DNA of 64,000 nucleotides from Candidatus Zipacnadum vermilionense (GCA_029821755.1 JALGSV010000017.1:7429-71428); one strand, 5' to 3'; positions 10,599 to 19,273 are shown, numbered from the stretch's first letter. The notes: generated from the letters alone by a model not told the origin. Numbers and translations: made by a program.

Positions 10599-10905
10599 CT
10601 GTAGGGCGCGGGCTCGTACCGCGCCCCATAGATATGCGGCGGACAGGGCGGGCTAGAAAGCCCGCCCCACGCGGAAACGACTTTCTAAGAGCGTGTACGA
10701 AAAGCCCGGCCGCTTCGTAGGGGCGAGGTCGTTTCCCGCGAAACATCCGCCCGCGCGTGCCGCAGACCGTGAGAATAGTCAGGTTCTCAGCACTCGCGGG
10801 CGGATATTGACGAGCGAGTACGCTCGCCAATATCCGCCCCTACAAAGCCCAGATTCGACTTCTCGTACACGCTCTGAACACAACCCTCGTACCGCGCCCT
10901 ACAGC
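10599..10905. mobile_element. foldback / MITE-like palindromic element (~307 bp) with 13-bp terminal inverted repeats CTGTAGGGCGCGG ... CCGCGCCCTACAG
   Basis: The termini at 10599-10611 and 10893-10905 are exact reverse complements. The interior carries nested inverted repeats: ACGACTTTCTAAGAGCGTGTACGA vs TCGTACACGCTCT, and AAACATCCGCCCGCG vs CGCGGGCGGATATT. It embeds a REP-type hairpin (10604-10626) and a family-2 repeat copy (10631-10675). No transposase-like ORF is present. It is intergenic. Confidence 0.5.
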
Positions 10906-10943
10906 GGACCGGGCCGGCGTCAGTGCCGGCGTCTGTCCCCCGG

Positions 10944-10972
10944 TTGACTCCCCCGCCCCTGCCCGTTAGACT
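10944..10972 (+). promoter_or_regulatory. candidate sigma70-type promoter for the CE7 esterase gene (TTGACT-17-TAGACT)
   Basis: TTGACT at 10944-10949 and TAGACT at 10967-10972 are separated by a 17-nt spacer, about 40 nt upstream of ATG 11011. Confidence 0.3.
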
Positions 10973-11010
10973 CGAAGCTCCGACGTACCCTGTCTCGAAA
11001 GGCCTCCCCT

Positions 11011-12399
11011 ATGACCCGCCATTCTACCCTCCTGGTGATGGCCCTCACTCTTGTCCTGCCCGGAGTTGTGCTTGCCATGACCTCGAACGTGGCCGTGCCC
11101 TACAACCCTGATCCCTCCCCCCCGCGGTCACATGACGTGACCTTCTACACCGAGCGGCCCTCCGATTTCCTGTTCGACAGCGGAGACGAGATAGTCATCA
11201 TCTGCCAGTCATGGCGGCGATGCCTGGACCTGGACTGGGCGCTGTGCCGCAACATGGTGCGCACGCCGGTGCGCACCGGCCACGTTGCGCCGCTGCCCGG
11301 CAACTGCTACCGGATCGCAATCCCTACGGCGGGTCTTCTGCCGGGCTTCTACGACCTGCGGGTGAAGGTGCGCTACTCCGACAGCGACACCGGCGAGGGG
11401 GTCACCACCTTCGGTTGGCGGATCAACGAGGAACCGATCGTGGAGTACAAGCCAGACGACTTCGAGGCCTTCTGGGCGCAGGCGGTGGCGGACTTGCACC
11501 AGATCCCGCTGGACCTGCAGGTGGAACTGCAGCGGACGTTGGAGGGGCCGGAGATCGGCAAGTACAACTACGAGCATGCGGCCCTGCCCGAGCATCCCGA
11601 CCCCGTGGGGGAGAGGTACAATAGGGTAGAGGTCTACAAGGTAGACTTCGCCTCGTGCGACGGCAAGCGGGTGTACGCCTGGTTCACCAAGCCGGTGGGG
11701 GAGGGGCCGTTCCCGGGGCTGCTGGTGCTGCCGGGAGCGGGGACGGGGCCGCGGCCGGCGCCGGTGGAGCATGCGGCGCAAGGCTTTGCGGCGATGGATA
11801 TCCAGGTCCATAACCAGCCGGTAGACCTGGAGCGCTCGGCCTATCCGCCCTACCCGGCGGAGGACCTCAGCGCACCGGAAAAGATGGTGCATTACTACGT
11901 GTATCTAAACGCGCTGCAGGCGGTGAGCGCGCTGGCGGCCTGTCCGGGAGTAGACGCGGAGCGGCTGGCTTGCGCCGGGGGAAGCCAGGGCGGGCGGCTG
12001 AGCATCGTCGTTCCGGCGCTCGATCGGCGGATCAAGGCCACGGTCCCGGCCATCGCGCATTATGCCTACCTGCCGTGGCTGCACTGGACCGAGCGGATGA
12101 ATAAGCAGAAGAAGAGCGGCGCGGCGGGCTTCGCCCCGCGCGCCCTGCGGCCCACACAGACCACGGTGACGGAGAGCTACTTCGACATCGTCAACTTCGC
12201 GCCGCTGGTGCGCTGCCCGGTGCTGATGAACGCGGGGCTGATCGACCCGGTCTCGCCGGCCACGGGCGTCTTTGCGACCTACCGCAGTCTGACCTGCCCC
12301 AAGGAGATAGTCCCCATGCCCACCTGCGGCCACGACATCTCCTTTGCCTTTGACCGCCACGCCTTCCGGTGGCTGGAGGAGAAGCTGGAGGTGAAGTAA
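11011..12399 (+). CDS. secreted CE7-like acetyl-xylan esterase / cephalosporin-C deacetylase family serine hydrolase with an N-terminal extension
   Basis: Signal peptide MTRHSTLLVMALTLVLPGVVLA. The CE7 signature GGSQGG is present (CAGGSQGGRLSIVV). The C-terminal region DIVNFAPLVRCPVLMNAGLIDPVSPATGVFATYRSL resembles the CE7 block YFDxxNFAxR...GLxDxxCPPS, and the catalytic His is in CGHD. Confidence 0.65.
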   Translation: MTRHSTLLVMALTLVLPGVVLAMTSNVAVPYNPDPSPPRSHDVTFYTERPSDFLFDSGDEIVIICQSWRRCLDLDWALCRNMVRTPVRTGHVAPLPGNCYRIAIPTAGLLPGFYDLRVKVRYSDSDTGEGVTTFGWRINEEPIVEYKPDDFEAFWAQAVADLHQIPLDLQVELQRTLEGPEIGKYNYEHAALPEHPDPVGERYNRVEVYKVDFASCDGKRVYAWFTKPVGEGPFPGLLVLPGAGTGPRPAPVEHAAQGFAAMDIQVHNQPVDLERSAYPPYPAEDLSAPEKMVHYYVYLNALQAVSALAACPGVDAERLACAGGSQGGRLSIVVPALDRRIKATVPAIAHYAYLPWLHWTERMNKQKKSGAAGFAPRALRPTQTTVTESYFDIVNFAPLVRCPVLMNAGLIDPVSPATGVFATYRSLTCPKEIVPMPTCGHDISFAFDRHAFRWLEEKLEVK

Positions 12400-12638
12400 G
12401 GGCGGCCACCTTCGGCGCCGGGCCGCTCATCCGGCTCCGCCTCCGAGTCGTCGCTGCCCATGAGGACAGGTCCCGCCGGGACGAAGACCATCTCGACGGG
12501 AGGTGGCGTATAGAGGGCCGTCTCCAGTCGATGCCGCACCCAGGCCCGCCCGGCAAGCAGCGCCAGTAGCAGAGCGGCGAGCAGCAGCAGGACCGGCCAG
12601 GCCCAGCGGCGAAGCGTGTTTGTATTCTGAGTGCGCAA
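12400..12638 (-). pseudogene. N-terminal remnant of an FGE-sulfatase (SUMF1/formylglycine-generating-enzyme-like) gene
   Basis: The reverse-strand frame reads (TTG) RTQNTNTLRRWAWPVLLLLAALLLALLAGRAWVRHRLETALYTPPPVEMVFVPAGPVLMGSDDSEAEPDERPG. This is a TM/signal segment plus the characteristic MVFVPAGPFLMGSDD...ERP opening of FGE-sulfatase domains. Homology ends where the CE7 gene 3' end begins, and the rest of the domain is absent. Confidence 0.4.
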
Positions 12639-12864
12639 GTCTGAGAGGCTCCTTCCCGATGGTAGTCCTTCCCTTTGACTGCCGCGGGCCGCAAGAGTTC
12701 CCTGGGCGGCAAGGATTATCTGCGTTATGTGACACCTGTTCGATCTGCTGGGTGGCACCGTCTGCCACCAGCTCCCCGACCGTTGCCTGCCGTTTGTCTT
12801 TAGTCGTCCCCTCAGATGTGGTACACTGCCTCGACATCCCTGTGAGCGTCGGAGGTGACTTGTC

Positions 12865-14589
12865 GTGACTCAGCGTCTCAATGATGGTTCGATCGCAAAA
12901 TCATTCGTAATCACCCCGAAAGTTGATGAAAGGCGAGAGTTCCTCGAGATCTCTCGTGACTTCGGCAACCCGCTGGAACTGGTGCGGGAGGCCGTCAGCA
13001 ACTCATACGACGCCGGCGCGGAGGAGATACAGATCCTCTTCGACATGGTGCAGAGTGCCGGAGAGGACGTTCTCCGCATTTGCATCAACGACGACGGCGA
13101 GGGCATGGACGAAGGGGCATTGCAGGCTTTTTTTGACCTAGGAAACTCGCCGCGCAGAGAGCAGCGCCTCCAGGACCCGACCGTGATCCTGATCGGAGAG
13201 AAGGGGCACGGGACGAAGGTCTACTTCAACAGCGCCAGGATAGAAGTGACAACGTGCCGCGGGGCGGATCAAGACGAGTACAAGGCGGTCTTCGACAAGC
13301 CCTTCGCTCGCCTGAACGATTCCGAAAGCTCGCTGGAAGTGCAGGTCACGAGCAGACAGCCTCCGTCATGGTGGCACGGAACGAGAATCGAGATACTGAA
13401 CTACAACAAGAGCCGGCGCGGGCGTTTTTCTCACGCTCAGTTGCGGGACTATGTGCTGTGGTTCACTAGGTTCGGGTCTGTCCGAGACGAGCTCACCGAC
13501 GAACGGGACCCGACGGTCATGCGCTTGAAGGGCCTGGACCGCGAGGAACCCGAGAAGCTTGTGGCCGGTCACGTCTTTCCGAAGGAGAGCCCACCGACGA
13601 GTAAGCTGCTCGACGACTACATGGTCAAAGCGCCCGACCACTACGCCCGCCGCCTCAGGCGGCGGGGGCACTTGCCGGACTCTCCTGACATTGCTTACGA
13701 TGCGAGCTTCTGGGTGGAGGGGGACGGTATCAAGAGCGAGTACAACCCTATGATCCGCCGGCAAGGAAAACCGAGGCAAGAGGGTTCCTACCAGGTCCAG
13801 GAAAGGTACGGACTTTGGCTGTGCAAGGACTTCGTGCCTATTGAGGCTAGGAACGAGTGGATCATCACCAAGGGCCGTGAGTTCACAAAATTCCACGCAT
13901 TCTTCAACTGCCAGGCGTTCAACCTGACGGCAAACCGCGGGTCTGTGCAGAACACGCCGAGCGAGATTCTCGCCGAGGCCGAGAAGGTGTGCAAGGGCAT
14001 CTATCACGAGATTCTCGGGTCCACGGAGTGGACCGACCTGGAGTACCTCGACGAGCAGGCGGGAGCCTACACGACCTTGAAGAACGAACGGCGCGGGCTC
14101 GAGAGGCGGGTGAAGCACATAAAAAACGCACCGCGATGCGAGTACAAGGGGCGGACAATCCTAGCACCCAAGCAGGAGGCGGGGGTCTACTCGGTGTTCC
14201 TCATTCTGTCCATTCTCGAGCCGGACCTGTTCCCCTTCGAGGTGCTGGACTATGACACGCACCAGGGCATCGACATAGTCGCTCAGCCAAGAGGCGATAC
14301 GCCGATGACTGAGACCAAGCTCCGGTACGTGGAGTTCAAATATAGGTTAAGCGCCGGCTTCAACCACACCTTCGACAACCTGCACTCCATCGTTTGCTGG
14401 GAATTGGGACGCCAAGTCGATGAGGAGGTGCAGGACGCAGCCCAAAACCGACGTACACTCCAGAAAGCGCCACCTGGGGACGGTGAGCCAACGAAGTACT
14501 TCCTTGACGATCCAAAGAGTCCTCGTAAGATCGAGGTCCTCCTCCTACCTTTGTTCATCGATGAATGTTGCGGTATCAGATTCCAATAG
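12865..14589 (+). CDS. orphan GHKL-superfamily ATPase (HATPase_c_3-like Bergerat fold) with a long uncharacterised C-terminal region
   Basis: GTG start with GGAGGTGA upstream. The N-terminal ELVREAVSNSYDAGAEEIQI...ICINDDGEGMD matches the N-box and G1 of GHKL ATPases. The remaining ~400 aa carry no motif I recognise. GC is about 55%, against about 67% for the surrounding genome. Confidence 0.7.
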   Translation: MTQRLNDGSIAKSFVITPKVDERREFLEISRDFGNPLELVREAVSNSYDAGAEEIQILFDMVQSAGEDVLRICINDDGEGMDEGALQAFFDLGNSPRREQRLQDPTVILIGEKGHGTKVYFNSARIEVTTCRGADQDEYKAVFDKPFARLNDSESSLEVQVTSRQPPSWWHGTRIEILNYNKSRRGRFSHAQLRDYVLWFTRFGSVRDELTDERDPTVMRLKGLDREEPEKLVAGHVFPKESPPTSKLLDDYMVKAPDHYARRLRRRGHLPDSPDIAYDASFWVEGDGIKSEYNPMIRRQGKPRQEGSYQVQERYGLWLCKDFVPIEARNEWIITKGREFTKFHAFFNCQAFNLTANRGSVQNTPSEILAEAEKVCKGIYHEILGSTEWTDLEYLDEQAGAYTTLKNERRGLERRVKHIKNAPRCEYKGRTILAPKQEAGVYSVFLILSILEPDLFPFEVLDYDTHQGIDIVAQPRGDTPMTETKLRYVEFKYRLSAGFNHTFDNLHSIVCWELGRQVDEEVQDAAQNRRTLQKAPPGDGEPTKYFLDDPKSPRKIEVLLLPLFIDECCGIRFQ

Positions 14590-14655
14590 ACGCGCTGAGC
14601 GGGGCCGTTTCTCACCGGGAGCGCTCCAGGTACATTGACGCGAGGAGAAGAGCCA

Positions 14656-17223
14656 ATGTCGGACCGATACGATTTTCATGCCCTCGAGCCCAAGTGGCAG
14701 CAGCGCTGGGCGGAACGGAAGCTGTTTACTACCGTCACCTCCACGGAACGGCCCAAGTTCTACTACTTGGACATGTTCCCCTACCCCTCCGGCGACCTGC
14801 ACATGGGGCATGTGCGCAACTACATCATCGGCGATGTGATTGCGCGGCATCGGCACATGCAAGGGTTCAACGTCATGCACCCCATGGGCTGGGACGCCTT
14901 CGGCCTGCCCGCCGAGAACGCGGCCATCGAGCGCGGCATTCATCCCGCTATCTGGACCCAGGCTTCTGTGGTGAAGATGAAGGAGCAGTTCGACGCGCTG
15001 GGGATCACCTATGACTGGGCCCGCGAGGTCAACGCCGCCGCGCCGGACTACTACCAGTGGACCCAGTGGCTGTTCCTGCAGCTCTACCAGGCCGGTCTGG
15101 CCTACCGCGGGGAGGCCTCCGTGAACTGGTGCGGGTCGTGCAACACTGTGCTGGCGCGGGAGGAGCTGGAGGGCGCGGTCTGCGAGCGCTGCGGGACGCC
15201 GGTGGAGATCCGCCGCGTCCCGGGCCAGTGGTTCTTTGGCATCACCAAGTACGCCGAGCGCCTGCTGGAGGATATCGCCTTGCTGGGCAAGTGGCCCGAG
15301 CGGGTGCGCGTTATGCAGGAGAACTGGATCGGGCGCTCCACGGGCGTCCAGTTCCGGCTGGCGCTGGAGAACCGCCAAGGCCGGGCCGCCGGCCAGGAGA
15401 TCGAGGTCTTCACCACCCGCATCGACACCATCTATGGCATCACCTTCATGGCCGTGGCCGCCGAGCACCCCCTGGTCAAGGAACTGACCGCCGGGACCGA
15501 GCAGGAGGCGGCGGTGGCGGAGTTCGTGCGCCAGGCGGCGGTGGAGGCGGCTACCGACCGCGAGGCCGCGGCGGTGGAGAAGAAGGGGATGTTTCTGGGC
15601 GCCTACTGCCTGCACCCGCTGACCGGCGAGCGCGTGCCGATCTACGTGACCAACTACGTGCTGATGGAGTACGGCACCGGCGCGGTCATGGCCGTCCCCG
15701 CCCATGACCAGCGCGACCTGGAGTTCGCGCGGGAGTATGGGATTCCGGTGAAAGTGGTGATTCAACCGGAAGGGGAGAGCCTCGATCCCGCCACCATGAC
15801 CGAGGCGTACGTGGATCCCGGCGTCATGGTCAACTCCGGCTCCTACGACGGCATGACCAGCGCGCAGTTCACGGAGGCCATCGCTGACTTTCTGGAGGCT
15901 AACGGAATCGGGGAGCGGCGGGTCAACTACCGGCTGCACGACTGGCTGATCAGCCGCCAGCGCTACTGGGGCTGCCCCATCCCCATCCTCACCTGCGAGA
16001 ACTGTGGCGACGTGCCCGTGCCGGAGGAGCAGCTCCCGGTGCTGCTGCCGGAGCAGGCCGACTTCACCCCCACCGGGGAGTCGCCGCTGGCCCGCGTGCC
16101 CGAGTTCGTCAACACCACCTGCCCCCGCTGCGGCGGCCCGGCGAAACGCGAGACCGATACCATGACCACCTTTGTGGACTCGTCGTGGTACTACCTGCGC
16201 TACGCCAGCCCCGAGGCGACGGACGTGCCCTTCCGGCGTAGCGAGGCGGACTACTGGCTGCCGGTGGACAAATACGTGGGCGGGGTGGAGCACGCCGTAC
16301 GGCACCTGCTCTACTCGCGCTTCATCACCAAGGCGCTCCATGACCTGGGTCTCATTTCCTTCGTGGAGCCCTTCACGGAACTGTTCACGCAGGGGATGAT
16401 CTACAAAGACGGCGCGAAGATGAGCAAGTCCAAGGGCAACGTGGTGCGCCCCGAGGAGATCAGCGACCGGTACGGCACCGATACCGGGCGGACGTTCATC
16501 CTCTTCGTTGGTCCGCCCGACCAGGACGCGGAATGGAGCGACCGCGGCGTAGAGGGCTGCCACCGCTTCCTGCAGCGGGTGTGGCGGGCGGTGGTGGAGA
16601 ACGAGGAGCTGTGGCTGCCGGAGTGGGCGGAGGCGCTCTCTCCCGGTGGCGCCCGCGTCTCGCCCGCCGATCCTACCCCCCTGCCCCCCTCCCTAAAGGG
16701 AGGGGGGAGTGGAGGGGAGGCGTGCCGCGCCCTGCGCCGCAAGACCCACCAGACCATCGCCCGCGTCACCGACGATATCGCCAACATGCGTCTGAACACC
16801 ATGATCAGTGCCATGATGGAACTGACCAACGACCTGCTGCCCTTTGCGGCGCAGTTGACCGCCGAGGACACCGCCGGGCGGGCGGCGTTCAGCGAGGGTG
16901 TGGCTACGCTGCTGCACCTGCTCTCCCCGACCGCCCCGCACCTGTGCGACGAGCTGTGGGAGCGCCTGGGCCACGAGGGCAGCCTCTACGAGCAGCCCTG
17001 GCCGGAGTACGACGCGGCCATCGCCGCCGCCGAGAAGATCACCATCGTGGTGCAGATCAACGGCAAGGTCCGCGATCGTCTGGAGGTCCCTGCCGACACG
17101 CCGATGGAGAGGGTCCAGGAGCTGGCGCTGGCCCGCCCCACCATCCAGAAACAGGTGGAGGGCAAGACGATGCGGAAAGTGGTTGCGGTGGAGGGGAAGC
17201 TGGTGAACTTTGTGGTGGGGTAG
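14656..17223 (+). CDS. leuS: leucine--tRNA ligase
   Basis: The HMGH (HIGH-class) motif is present in YPSGDLHMGHVRNY, and KMSKS is present. The CP1 editing domain and a zinc-binding CxxC region are both present. GAGGAG sits 7 nt upstream of ATG 14656. Confidence 0.95.
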   Translation: MSDRYDFHALEPKWQQRWAERKLFTTVTSTERPKFYYLDMFPYPSGDLHMGHVRNYIIGDVIARHRHMQGFNVMHPMGWDAFGLPAENAAIERGIHPAIWTQASVVKMKEQFDALGITYDWAREVNAAAPDYYQWTQWLFLQLYQAGLAYRGEASVNWCGSCNTVLAREELEGAVCERCGTPVEIRRVPGQWFFGITKYAERLLEDIALLGKWPERVRVMQENWIGRSTGVQFRLALENRQGRAAGQEIEVFTTRIDTIYGITFMAVAAEHPLVKELTAGTEQEAAVAEFVRQAAVEAATDREAAAVEKKGMFLGAYCLHPLTGERVPIYVTNYVLMEYGTGAVMAVPAHDQRDLEFAREYGIPVKVVIQPEGESLDPATMTEAYVDPGVMVNSGSYDGMTSAQFTEAIADFLEANGIGERRVNYRLHDWLISRQRYWGCPIPILTCENCGDVPVPEEQLPVLLPEQADFTPTGESPLARVPEFVNTTCPRCGGPAKRETDTMTTFVDSSWYYLRYASPEATDVPFRRSEADYWLPVDKYVGGVEHAVRHLLYSRFITKALHDLGLISFVEPFTELFTQGMIYKDGAKMSKSKGNVVRPEEISDRYGTDTGRTFILFVGPPDQDAEWSDRGVEGCHRFLQRVWRAVVENEELWLPEWAEALSPGGARVSPADPTPLPPSLKGGGSGGEACRALRRKTHQTIARVTDDIANMRLNTMISAMMELTNDLLPFAAQLTAEDTAGRAAFSEGVATLLHLLSPTAPHLCDELWERLGHEGSLYEQPWPEYDAAIAAAEKITIVVQINGKVRDRLEVPADTPMERVQELALARPTIQKQVEGKTMRKVVAVEGKLVNFVVG
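16672..16720. repeat. GC-rich hairpin repeat, family 1, copy inserted in-frame inside leuS (CCCCCCTCCC-TAAA-GGGAGGGGGG core)
   Basis: The core is a perfect 10-bp stem with a TAAA loop. The extended arms are CCTACCCCCCTGCCCCCCTCCC and GGGAGGGGGGAGTGGAGGGGAGG. The element encodes ...PTPLPPSLKGGGSGGEA... within a variable linker of LeuS before the anticodon-binding domain. The same family occurs intergenically at 7203, 42266 and 43717. Confidence 0.6.
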
Positions 17224-17237
17224 GGGGCAAAGAAGGT
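17183..17237. repeat. direct repeat A (leuS 3' end), left boundary of the R-M cassette
   Basis: The sequence TTGCGGTGGAGGGGAAGCTGGTGAACTTTGTGGTGGGGTAGGGGGCAAAGAAGGT is about 95% identical to 19233-19284. Confidence 0.8.
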
Positions 17238-17240
17238 ACC

Positions 17241-18302
17241 ATGGCAGTCCAACATGCGCTCTTCTCTGAGGTCTTGCCCGCCTTTCCTTCGACGCGTTAC
17301 CAAGGGAGCAAGTCTAAACTGGTGGATTGGATCTGGCGCCAGATCGCCGACCTCAGTTTTGACACGTGCCTTGACGCGTTCGGAGGAACGGGGACAGTTG
17401 CCTATAGATTCAAGCAGGCAGGCAAGTCGGTCACTTACAACGACTCGCTGCGCTTCAACTACTACATCGGACTTGCGCTCATCGAGAACAGCCAAGTTCG
17501 GCTTTCGCCCGACGAGGTCGAAGGGCTCCTGCACAGGCATCCCGGTATCGAGTACCCCAGCTTTATCACCGACACCTTCCACGATGTCTATTTTACTGAT
17601 GCTGAGAACGCGTGGCTCGATCAAACCATCACCAACCTTCGTCGTCTAGATGACGAGTGCAAATTCGCCCTTGCCTCCTTCGCCCTGTGCCAGGCTTGCA
17701 TCATCAAGCGACCCTACAACCTCTTCCACCGAAAGAATCTGTACATGCGACTGTCGAAGGTGCAAAGGTCCTTCGGGAACAAGGTGACATGGGATCGGCC
17801 TTTCGAGGACTGGTTTCGCGTCTTCGTCGCTGAGGCCAATGAGGCGGTATTCGACAACGGGCGACTCAACCACGCCGCTAACTTCGACGCGGTGGAGATC
17901 GAGCAGCCATACGACCTGGTCTACGTCGACCCGCCGTATGTTTCCAGCCGCGGCACTGCCGTGGATTACCGGGACTTCTATCACTTCCTGGAAGGCTTGA
18001 CAATGTATGACGAGTGGCCAGAGCACATAGACTGGCACTCGAAGCACCGACGACTGGTCCCCAAACGGACGCCGTGGGCCGATAAGCGTGCCATTCTGAG
18101 CGCCTTTGACCACCTCTTCGCGAGATTCCAGGACAGCATCATCGTTGTCTCGTACCGGACCGACGGCATTCCGTCCGAGCAGGAACTTGCCTCGGTTCTT
18201 CATCGCTATAAGAAGAATGTTCTCGTGGAACACTACGGCCACTACAAGTACGTGCTATCCAGGAAAGGGGACTCCAAGGAGATGTTGCTCGTAGGGACAT
18301 GA
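17241..18302 (+). CDS. N6-adenine DNA methyltransferase, D12 class (Dam / M.EcoRV family)
   Basis: Motif I is LDAFGGTG. The motif YQGSKSK matches the Dam (Y/W)xGxK motif. Catalytic motif IV is DPPY, in DLVYVDPPY. GC is about 55%. The gene overlaps the downstream endonuclease gene by ATGA. Confidence 0.85.
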   Translation: MAVQHALFSEVLPAFPSTRYQGSKSKLVDWIWRQIADLSFDTCLDAFGGTGTVAYRFKQAGKSVTYNDSLRFNYYIGLALIENSQVRLSPDEVEGLLHRHPGIEYPSFITDTFHDVYFTDAENAWLDQTITNLRRLDDECKFALASFALCQACIIKRPYNLFHRKNLYMRLSKVQRSFGNKVTWDRPFEDWFRVFVAEANEAVFDNGRLNHAANFDAVEIEQPYDLVYVDPPYVSSRGTAVDYRDFYHFLEGLTMYDEWPEHIDWHSKHRRLVPKRTPWADKRAILSAFDHLFARFQDSIIVVSYRTDGIPSEQELASVLHRYKKNVLVEHYGHYKYVLSRKGDSKEMLLVGT

Positions 18303-19120
18303 GTCCGCATACAGGAGGCAGAATGATTGCCGAACAGTTTCGGAGCCAATTGATGGACTACTGCGCGAGGTTCAGGGAGGCCCTATCAACCGAAGCTGGC
18401 GACTGGGCCGTGAAGGGCTTCATAGATGTGTACCGCAACATCTACACCATCTCCGCAGACACCAAGGTCATCTCGAAGATCATCGAACTGATGCTCTTTC
18501 CCCTCATTTCCCTTTTCGCCGAGGAGAACGGCTACAAGATGGTTCTTTCCGAGTATCAGAACCACTACCCTGACGTGACTTTCGTGGCCCAAGACGGAAC
18601 CAAGATCGCCCTAGATCTAAAGAGTACCTACCGGACGGATGAGAACACTGTGAACGGTTTTACGCTTGGGTGCTTTACTGGCTACTTCCGTGACCGGGAG
18701 AGCGAGAAGAATATCACTTTTCCTTACGGGGATTACGCGTGTCACCTCGTGCTGGGTGTCATTTACTCCCGAACCGAGGAGTACCTGGATGAGCGTCATG
18801 TCTATCCCATCGAGGACCTACCGAACATTCTCTCGGTCGTCAAAGATTTCGAGTTCCTGGTGCAGGGGAAATGGTGCATCGCCGGAACGCGACCGGGTAG
18901 TGGGAATACCAAGAACATCGGTTCAGTGAATCGGGTCGCTGATCTGACTGGCGGCACAGGCCCCTTTGCACGACTCGGGGAGGAAGTCTTCGACGATTAC
19001 TGGACCAATTACCTCACGAAGGACATGGCGCGGGCCATTGACTCCAAGGTGCCATACCGGAATCTGCAGGAGTATCTCGCCTGGCGGAAACCCAGCAAGC
19101 GGGCGAGGTCACCCCGATAA
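18299..19120 (+). CDS. type II restriction endonuclease, EcoRV family (PD-(D/E)xK)
   Basis: There is block-by-block similarity to EcoRV. SADTKVISKIIELMLFPLISLFAEENGY aligns with GSDTKVLSTIFELFSRPIINKIAEKHGY. QNHYPDVTF...KIALDLKSTY aligns with QQNHYPDFTL...KIAIDIKTTY, which carries the catalytic D/D/K. GFTLGCFTGY, KWCIAGTRPGSGNTKNIGS and DDYWTNY align with KFTLGGYTSF, KWVIAGDLAGSGNTTNIGS and LDYWRNY. GC is about 52%. Confidence 0.85.
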   Translation: MSPHTGGRMIAEQFRSQLMDYCARFREALSTEAGDWAVKGFIDVYRNIYTISADTKVISKIIELMLFPLISLFAEENGYKMVLSEYQNHYPDVTFVAQDGTKIALDLKSTYRTDENTVNGFTLGCFTGYFRDRESEKNITFPYGDYACHLVLGVIYSRTEEYLDERHVYPIEDLPNILSVVKDFEFLVQGKWCIAGTRPGSGNTKNIGSVNRVADLTGGTGPFARLGEEVFDDYWTNYLTKDMARAIDSKVPYRNLQEYLAWRKPSKRARSPR

Positions 19121-19168
19121 CGCCATGCAGCTACAGCACTAGCTGTTGGCGGAAAGCCCGTGCAAGCC

Positions 19169-19273
19169 ATGAAGACCCTCTTCACCGGCCAGAAGAACCA
19201 CGACTGGAAGCGATCGACGCCCTTTGGCGAGATTGCGGTGGAGGGGAAGCTGGTTAACTTTGTGGTGGGGTAG
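19169..19273 (+). other. chimeric junction remnant: 63 bp homologous to the thuA-like 5' end, fused to a second copy of the leuS 3' end (direct repeat B, 19233-19284)
   Basis: It reads MKTLFTGQKNHDWKRSTPFGE-IAVEGKLVNFVVG*. The first part is about 78% identical to the start of the gene at 19412 (MQTIKTLLLTGQNNHDWQRSTPF). The second part duplicates the leuS C-terminus. Confidence 0.7.

Noticed and set aside
10693-10947. 84-aa ORF and overlapping 107-aa minus ORF inside the foldback element
   Set aside because: The sequence is palindromic repeat DNA, so the ORFs mirror each other. Neither has an RBS.
14545-16563. 672-aa minus-strand ORF
   Set aside because: It is entirely antisense to leuS. 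It is Arg/Gly/His-rich junk.
16533-18302. 589-aa plus-strand ORF spanning the leuS 3' end and the MTase gene
   Set aside because: Only the part from ATG 17241 has MTase motifs. The upstream 230 codons read the leuS 3' end in a wrong frame.
12865-19120. Whether the GHKL ATPase, M and R genes form one contiguous defence operon
   Set aside because: leuS, an essential housekeeping gene of native GC, separates them. The two flanks look like independent acquisitions at a hotspot.
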